A stretch of DNA of 64,000 bases from NCBI RefSeq assembly GCF_009914755.1, contig NC_060928.1, one strand, 5' to 3'. The notes under the pieces were generated by a model. The model did not search any database, was not told the DNA's origin, and worked only from the letters and a program-made list of their open reading frames with translations. Made by a program: the position numbers and the translations under genes. This document shows, piece after piece, positions 55,741-64,000 of this stretch (position 1 is the first letter of the stretch; every line of letters begins with the position of its first letter). Origin of the DNA: the human T2T-CHM13v2.0 reference genome, Homo sapiens.

Positions 55741-57938
55741 GAGAATTAGATTTCTTACATGACTTTTTCATATATGATGTCATTTCTAGTCATAATTCTC
55801 TAAACTGTAATGGTTCGCTAGAATTGAAATTTCTTATGCACCCATTCTATAGCCTTATTTTAGAATGTCTGAACTGAAAGAATATATAGTCATAAAAGAT
55901 CAATTCCCCTAAAACCAAAAACCTATAATAATTCTACCTGATTATGCAGAATAGATACCAAAAATGTTTTCTCTTTGTGCTCAGGGCAGAATTATTTATA
56001 ATAAAATTTCACTTTTCCAGTTGTCTTCATTGCGATGGGATCACCTGTTTTTAAAATGAAAACCAGCATTACCTTTAATATCTTTAAGGATATTCAGAGT
56101 AAACTTACCTTCTTCTGAGTGACCTTTAATGTTCCAGTCCCACTGAATATGTCATATTTATTATAGCTCACTTCAGACGAACTAATTCTTTTTGTCACTA
56201 TTTTGTTCCACTGAAACAACTCTGGACCTAGCCCTTCCAAAAAAAAATTCTAATGTTCATCTCTATGGAAAGATTTGCTTAAGATTTCGGGCTTATATTC
56301 ATAAGCAAGTTTTTTCTTTAAAAAATAGGAAAATAACAGGTACCCTGTTCTTGAAAGTTCCATGGCCATCCTAACTACAGAGTACCTCTAACTAGAAATT
56401 TTTCTCATTGTTCTCTCAACCTGTTTTATTTGGGTTGTGTCCAGAAGTAAAAGTTTCTCTTAGCTTTGCTAATTTACTCTGGTCTGTTTTTCCCTGTGCC
56501 AAACATAATTCTGTACAGTTTTTTTATATCCCAAACATTATGAAGGAACTTTACAAAAATTTATCTATCTATTCATGGCCATGAAGACTTTATCTATTAG
56601 TAATACAAAAAACATTCAGAAACTTTGAAATAAATGCCATTTCTTTAGCAAGCAGCAGTGTGGCTTACTTATCCATCATACTCTGTAAGCATAAAGCAAC
56701 ACTTTATAGATCTATTTTGCCTAGTACAAAGACATCTTTTTATTCCCTTTTTGAAAGGATAGGTGCCCACAGGGAGGTTTTGTTTAGTTATTAATACCAA
56801 ATTTTGATTTTATTCTCCTTGAATTTTAGATTTGCAAAGGACTTTAGTGAGATCTTCTAAAATAATGCCTTTATTTTTATCTGTACACAGAATTGTCAGG
56901 TCCTATAGTGCATGATAAATTTCAGAACGTTAAATTATAGTTCCCTCACAAGCTGACTTAAAAATAGTCAAATATCTCCCATTTTATTGAGCGTTTTAAT
57001 TATATTTTAAAATTTTAGCTATACAAATAAATGACCTCTAGGTTTCTAAAGCTACAAGCAAGAATAAACTAAGTACAACCCAATTTTTTTTCTGATACTG
57101 TAAAATGTGATTCAAATTCCATATAATTTTCAGTAGAAAAGCAATAGGTATGTAAAGTACATGCAAAATAATTGTAAAAGAGAAAAAGTGTGGGTGTACA
57201 GTGTAAAATAACAGTGAATATTGACAGAGATATAAATAAGCAGTATTCAGGAATGGTGTGAGTTGATTGGCAAAGATGTATTGCAGTAGGATTAGTCACA
57301 GATGCAAACAATTTGCAGGATAATTAGAAGTACTCTTTGGCATATTGACTGACCATTAAAAACTAAATTCATTTAAATAAATCTATAATTATAAAACAGG
57401 GCTATGATGGATCTGTTTATGAGTCTCTCTTTCATCTCTACACCCTTCTACACATGTCCTTCATAGGTAGAAAAGTGCACAGGTGCTTCTACTTTTAGAG
57501 GTTTCTTGTTTATTATGTTGTTGTTGCTGTTTTTATTGTCAATGTCCTCATCATTATAATAAAAATTGGAGGTAATCTGAATTTGTAAGCAAATTGACTA
57601 GCATTTTTTAAAACAATTGAAGCTCCCTGCATATGTTAAAAAATAGTATTAACTTAATATTTTTGGATGAAATATGCTCAAATGAAACAGAAGTTTCACA
57701 AAGTCAAGCAAAAAATGCAGAAGGTTTTGAAATCCTAATTATCTAATTTGTTGGTTGGTATTTCCAGTAGCTTAAAAATGTATCAGGTCACAATGATAAT
57801 TTCCCTGTTTTAAGATCTAGAATTTAGCATAGAATCTTCACCAGATGACAAAGTACTCCTTCCATATTTTTTATTACTACCCTATTTTATGAAATTTTAA
57901 AAGTTAGTTGACCAACTGACTATATGATAAAGCTAATA

Positions 57939-58877
57939 CAGTAGTCCACCATTATCTGAGGTTTTGCTTTCTTCGGTTCCAGTTAGCTGCTGTCAACTAG
58001 AGTCCAAAAATAATAAAATGAAAACTTTCAGAAGTAAACACCTCAAAAATTTGAAACTGTATGTTTTTATGAGTAACACAAATATTGCATCATCTTGCTC
58101 TGTCCTGCCAGGGACTTCAATCATTTATTAATCCAGGATATCCATGCTACATAGGCTACCTGCTTGATTTAGCAACTTAGTAACCATCTGTTATCAGACT
58201 AACTTGTGAAATTGCCGGGCTTGTGTTCAAGTAATCCTTATTTTATTTAATAATAGTCTCAAAGCTCAAGAATAATGATGCTGGCATATTCATATAATTG
58301 TTCTATTTTATTCTTATTTGTTGTTGTTAACCTGTTACTGTGTCTAATTGATAAATTCAACTGTATTATAAGTAGTGTGTATATGTAAAATATAGTATAT
58401 ATAGGGTTCAGTACTATCTGTTGTTAATTTCTTTTTTTGTTTTCTTCAACTTTTATTTTAAGTTCAGGGTTGCATGTGCAGGATGTCCAGGTTTGTTACA
58501 GAGGTAAACATGTGTCGTTGTTGTTTGCTGCACAGATCATCTCATCATGGAGGTATTAAGCTCAGCATTCATTAGCTATTCTCCCTGATCCTCTCCCGCC
58601 TCCCACACTGCTGACAGGCCCCAGTGTGTGTTGTTCCCTCCACAATGTGTCCATGTGTTCTCATCATTCAACTTCCACTTATAAGTGAGAACATGTGGTG
58701 TTTGATATTCTGTTCCTGTGTTATTTTGCTGAGGATGGCTTCCAACTTCATCCATGCCCCTGCAAAGGACACAGTCTTTTTCCTATTTATGGTTGCATAG
58801 TATTCCATGGTGTATTTGCTGTTTCATGCATCCACTGGAGATCTGGGAATGTATCTCCTACAGATAAGAGGAGACTG
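57939..58877 (+). mobile_element. MER44B-like (Tigger7-derived) DNA transposon, split by L1
   Basis: TA-CAGTAGTCC...TTATCTG start; '...catccactggagatctgggaatgtatc...cagataagaggagactg-TA' end. Confidence 0.88.
58426..58812 (-). mobile_element. Older L1PA (approx. L1PA8A-13) 3' end nested in MER44
   Basis: 'caacttttattttaagttcaggg...catgtgcagg', 'cattagctattctccctgatc'; TSD TATCTGTTGTT / TATTTGCTGTT. Confidence 0.88.
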
Positions 58878-61409
58878 TATTATACTGCATGTTCAGCATA
58901 ATATTCCATTTTACTCAATTTCCAATTATTCACAAAAATCTGAAATTGTTGAATTTGTTGTATAAGAAAAAGTTTTAAGATTCATTCATCCAAAAAAAAA
59001 TTTGACACTGACTTTAGAAAACTTAATATTAGAACATTTTTGAGGAACATTTAAATATGGGAAACACCCACATTAATATAATTTACATTTGATAACATTA
59101 AGTAAATTATCTGAAACTCTCAAGATAATTTACATTTTTGTTTATCTAAAAGTCTTTCATTTTTTAATCTAAATCTGTACAATGTGTATCCCCTGAATAT
59201 GAAATATAGACTAGGTTTTATTATACCATTCTTGATGCTCAGACATATGTGTGCACACAAGTACTCAATTGACATGTTTGAGACAGAATTATATTTGGGG
59301 CGACATTGGGAAAATTACTAACTGAATATAGATACAAAAATTCATTATGTCTTTCAGTAGAGAGTTTCTTCCAGAGGTAAATAATTAAGTTATTATGTAA
59401 ATTTATTTAAGATCCTTTAGATAACTTTTGTATGTTTATATGTTTCTATGAGTTGTAATTTCTAATTAAAAGTATTAATCACAAATAATCATTTTAAAAT
59501 TGTGTTATAAGTAAATTTATTTTTATGTCAAACTTCTTAAATATTGATGAAGATATTGATGACTGGATGATGAAAACAGGAATATTCGTAATAAGATGGC
59601 TATGACTCAGAAATAAACACTATCTGTTCTCTATGTCTATTGCTTTTATTGCTAAATGATTTTAAATCAGATAACCATATTTTTAGATATTTAACAAATT
59701 ACCGATGCTTACATGCTATTCGGGTGTAGTACCAGAAATTTAGAGCACTCATTCAGTACTATATTAGATAAGAAGAATACAAAAAAATTGAAAGGTGACA
59801 CTTTTGCTCAAAGCAATTACACTAAATTATAAGATAGCAAACATGCAAAAGAGACTTTGAACTTGCTCAGGAAGTGTTTTGGAAAAAACACATTAATAAA
59901 ACATTCCTGATAGTAAAATTTTTGAAGAAAAACATATTTTGGCTGGAAGGACTTTTTATATCCACTGAAAATATTTTATTACTGTGATCCTAATTATAAA
60001 CTGTATATGTTGGGTATGAAAGTTATTAATTATAGTTATTTGGTAGTTCAATTCAAAATTTTAGAGCTTTATAGCTGGAAGAAATCTTAGCAATCTTTTG
60101 AAAACCATGTATATTCACATCAGTATTACTAAACAGAAAGCCTCAAGTAGGGCAAATCTATTCAAGAGCTTTCTTCCCTCCCCCTCTCTTTATAACAATC
60201 CAACTGTGTTAAATCATGCAAAGAGAAAACGAACAAATAATTCACTCCAAGTCTGGAAATCAATGTTGCAGAATACCTGAGAGATAGAGGCCACTCATCA
60301 GCAAGCCCAACCAGGCATTAAGAAATTAATGCTGAATAACCAAGAGGATAGGAACCTGCTGTGGTTGTTTGGTTCAACGCTTCATGGGGTTTGGCTCACA
60401 CAGAGCGCATACACTTCAGAAATGTGAGGTTGATGATGCTTTCTTACTTAGTCTTCGTTGTGTCTTTGAAGCAGTAATTGGTCGTTGAAATGAGTTTCTC
60501 ACAACACACTTAGAATTTAATATTCTGAAGTGTAGGCTAGAAAGGACCAGCTGTTATTTTTGCTTTAAATTTGGGGGCTTAGTTTGCATTGTTGGCATAT
60601 AAAGCACTCATTTGGAAAAACAGAAAATTCTGGAAATGGAACAAAGAATTACAATTCCCCTAGAACACTTTTGCAGTGGGAGCAAGAGGGATCTAAAACT
60701 TGAAACTTGAAAAGGGTTAATGCAGACAGTGTATCTGAAAACGCTCAAAAGATTTCTTTAATTCTCGCTCCAGAACATCCCTTTTGTTTTGATTGAGCTA
60801 AAAGTCCCAGCTGGGAAGAAGCAGGGCACCAACTCAAAAGAACCACAGCTCTATTTATTTTTCAGTCATCACACAGATGTATTTGGATTTCTTCTGATTA
60901 TGAGCATCCATCCACAAAATGTAGAAATATATTTAATAAGGTGTTTCACAATGTAGGTACCTAAAAAAAAAATCCAAACCTACTAATATCTGCAAATTCT
61001 GTGTGCTTACCTATTTCAGCATGCCTAACTAAACTAAGTCACTATGTACAGATAACAAAATGAATAAAATTAATCTGCATTTTTTTCTGAAATGCCAAAA
61101 GGAATAATAATACATAAATGCTGATCAATACATAGCACCTTTTCCTTTGTCATAAATATTTATGTTATCTACTCATACATGGTTTCAAAAATGGCAATGA
61201 TGGTAAATATTCAATTGTGATGAAGTTTTAGTTATCCAATACAGAAAAGTATAGACAGAATAATTTTATTTGTATTGTTTTAGGACATTAAAATGTCAAT
61301 TTGGATTAATCTATAGTCAAAATGATTGATTATGGATGATATTTAAATTGTATCCAAATATTAATTGAACACCTTTCAAACACACTGACTTCTGTGATGG
61401 TAGAAAAAC

Positions 61410-61885
61410 ATAAAAATGCTTCTGTCTCAAAATCTTTTTATGTATGATCCTTGCCTAAAATTCTTTTCTCCAAATATGCACATAGATTTCTCACTTAACT
61501 CCTTCAAGTCTTTACCAGGGCACTACTTATAACTGCATATGTTGTGGTCTGCACAGCTGAGGAAACATCAGTCACTTAGATTACAATGTGAATGACAGCA
61601 TTCACATTGCACCTGTTGTGTAGTTGTGTGAAGCTGCAACTCGTGTTTCAAATAACTCACCTATGAATGAGGCCTTCCCTGACCATCCTATTTAAAACTG
61701 AAACTCCTCTCCAATATTCCATTTCCGCTTCTGTTCTTAGCACATATTTCTATAGCGTGTACAACATATTTCCCTTAATACTTTTGTCTGGCTCCACTTT
61801 TACAGGATAAACTCTATTTATCTAGGATGTATTTCTAGTGTTTACAACAGTTGTAATCAGTCAATAAATATTTGCTGAATGAGCA
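61410..61885 (+). mobile_element. L2a 3' end interrupted by a MER91-like element
   Basis: 'ctccttcaagtcttt', 'tgaggccttccctgaccatcc', terminal 'tcaataaatatttgctgaatga'. Confidence 0.75.
61516..61645. mobile_element. MER91-like palindromic hAT MITE
   Basis: Starts CAGGGC; 'ttgtggtctgcacagct', 'atgtgaatg'; interrupts L2 collinearity. Confidence 0.5.
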
Positions 61886-62065
61886 TACAAGTTGTGTCAT
61901 ATATTATACTGAGCATTTAATTGAGAGAGAGAGGATGGGGAAGAAGGAGAGAAATAAAGCATAAGAAATAACTTAAAAGATGTTATTGTACAGATGGAAA
62001 GAGAGACAAGAAAAAATTTTAAAAACCCTCATATCAAGATTACAAAAACACTTCAAGTCTATCTA

Positions 62066-62263
<198 letters not shown>

Positions 62264-62719
62264 TTATCATATGGGATTCTAAGGCCATGCTAACTATGAG
62301 GAATAATTGAATAGGAATGAGTTTAGGGAATCATCAAAAATCTTTATTTCACTGATAAAAATTATTTTGGGATAAAATTGCTTGCCAATTACATGGATAT
62401 AATAAATTACATAGCTCGACATTTCTTTGATTTTCCTGATTTCTACTCACAGGGCATAGAGTATAATATAAATATCATTATTTTTTATTTTTTCTACATG
62501 AAACAGTTGATTAATAAGAATGAGAATTGCACAAATATTTGTACATTAAAGTTCAAATTTTAAAAAATTCATATGAGGTAATAATGGATATTTTGTAAAT
62601 TGGGGTATAATAAGTTAATGCATTAATAATTTCAGAAAAATTGATCCTAAATATAATACAAAAGTGCTAAATAAGACTAAAAAGCATCTGAACTCCTTAC
62701 TCAAATATTTGTAACCTTG

Positions 62720-62859
62720 AGCTGGGGAAAGTGGTTCACTCCTCTAATCTCAGCTACTTTGGAGGCTGAAACAGGAGGAATGTTTGAGCCCAGGAGTTTA
62801 AAACTAGCCTGGGCATCATGGTGAGATCTCATTTCAAAAATAAATAAATAAATAAATAA
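62720..62859 (+). mobile_element. FLAM Alu monomer
   Basis: Left-arm monomer 'ttgagcccaggagtttaaaactagcctgggca' plus (TAAA)n tail. Confidence 0.85.
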
Positions 62860-63261
62860 TTTATAATATTATTAAAGTAGCAAATTTAATCTTTTAAAGC
62901 AAGGAATATAAAATTAATTTGAAGTATAATCTGATACCTTAGTGAAATGTTTATTAGCTCTAAGATGATTTAGTCTTTAATTATTGATCTTTTTCATAGA
63001 CTCTATATTATTATAAAAATAGTCTTAGGTGGTTACAATACGGCATTCTGGTTACATAATTTTTTAATCGACTAAAAGACAATGAACTGTTTTCATTAAA
63101 CAAAGCATCAATATAGTCTTGTAAAAAAAAAAACCTGTGTTCATACCAAATTATCAGCAAGAGTTTCTAATAGTTTTTTAGTGGAATTAGCTCTTCAATA
63201 AAAAATTAACCTAATCATTATCATTTTACTTTACATTTTACTGGTTGCCATGGGAATTATT

Positions 63262-63341
63262 ATACATTGATGCAAAAGTAATTGAGGTTTTGGGCATTAC
63301 TTCCAATGGCAAAAACCACAATTACTTTTTCCCCAACCTAA
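63262..63341. mobile_element. MADE1 (Hsmar1-derived MITE)
   Basis: 80-bp palindromic element 'tgcaaaagtaattgaggttt...aaaaaccacaattacttttt ccccaacctaa'. Confidence 0.92.
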
Positions 63342-64000
63342 CAGCTAGGCCATAATTATGGCTAATATAAACTATCCATAATAATTCTTTACAGGGCCCT
63401 AAAATATGTAAGAGAGTGTGGAAATTAATGTTTATATGATGTTTTATGTTCAAGAAAAAAATTAAATCTTTGGCTTTCCTATTTTTCTATACTTTTTCTC
63501 GATGTCTCTGCTTTTAAATTTCTAATATTTTCTCTTTGGTATGAAAATAAATCTGTGACTCTCAACTACAGGGTGGAATTTTTTTCTAGAAAAATAACAT
63601 AATTGTACCAAGATACTTCTAAATAAATAATATCCCTATGCATTTTAATATGGAAACATTTTATATGTACTTACTTGATTGCACAATAACTATGCCTTTA
63701 ATCACATAAATTCCCATTATGTAATTTTTGAGTTACATTGCTGAGAAATAGTCCTTCTACAAATGTATTCAAATGTGACCATATCACATATATGATTGTG
63801 GTTTAATATATTGAATCTATTTACATTACTACAAAAATCCCAGTAACCTATTACCATTATTTATTTATTTAATAATCCATTTCAGACAATCCATAAATGT
63901 GTCCAATATTAAAATAACTTTTAAAATTTAGCATGTATTTTATACTCTGAAAGATTATATAAAATAAAAGTGTATATATACTCTATAGGTATCTGATTCA

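Overview
This is primate, most likely great-ape or human, non-coding genomic DNA. It contains AluY/AluS elements and an L1PA3-like insertion, is strongly AT-rich and CpG-poor with no CpG island, and looks like gene desert or a very long intron. I find no credible host protein-coding exon, tRNA, rRNA or CRISPR array; the ORF track is explained by Alu/L1/LTR pieces, microsatellites or chance. The window is a layered record of transposition: about 9 Alus plus 2 Alu monomers, young and old L1s (one classic twin-primed 5' inversion, one apparent ~25-bp micro-inversion), MaLR LTRs, a two-LTR THE1 provirus, a decayed ERV-L pol (RNase H, integrase, dUTPase-like) with an LTR16-like LTR, a near full-length HSMAR2 mariner, and MER/MADE DNA transposons. 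The most unusual structure is the THE1 provirus (29472-31073): it is flanked by a ~90-bp direct duplication instead of the normal 5-bp TSD, and its 5' LTR is truncated at a CACC microhomology. I see no evidence of a new multi-gene biological system. Family and subfamily names come from my recall of consensus sequences, not from a database search, and boundaries of old repeats are approximate.
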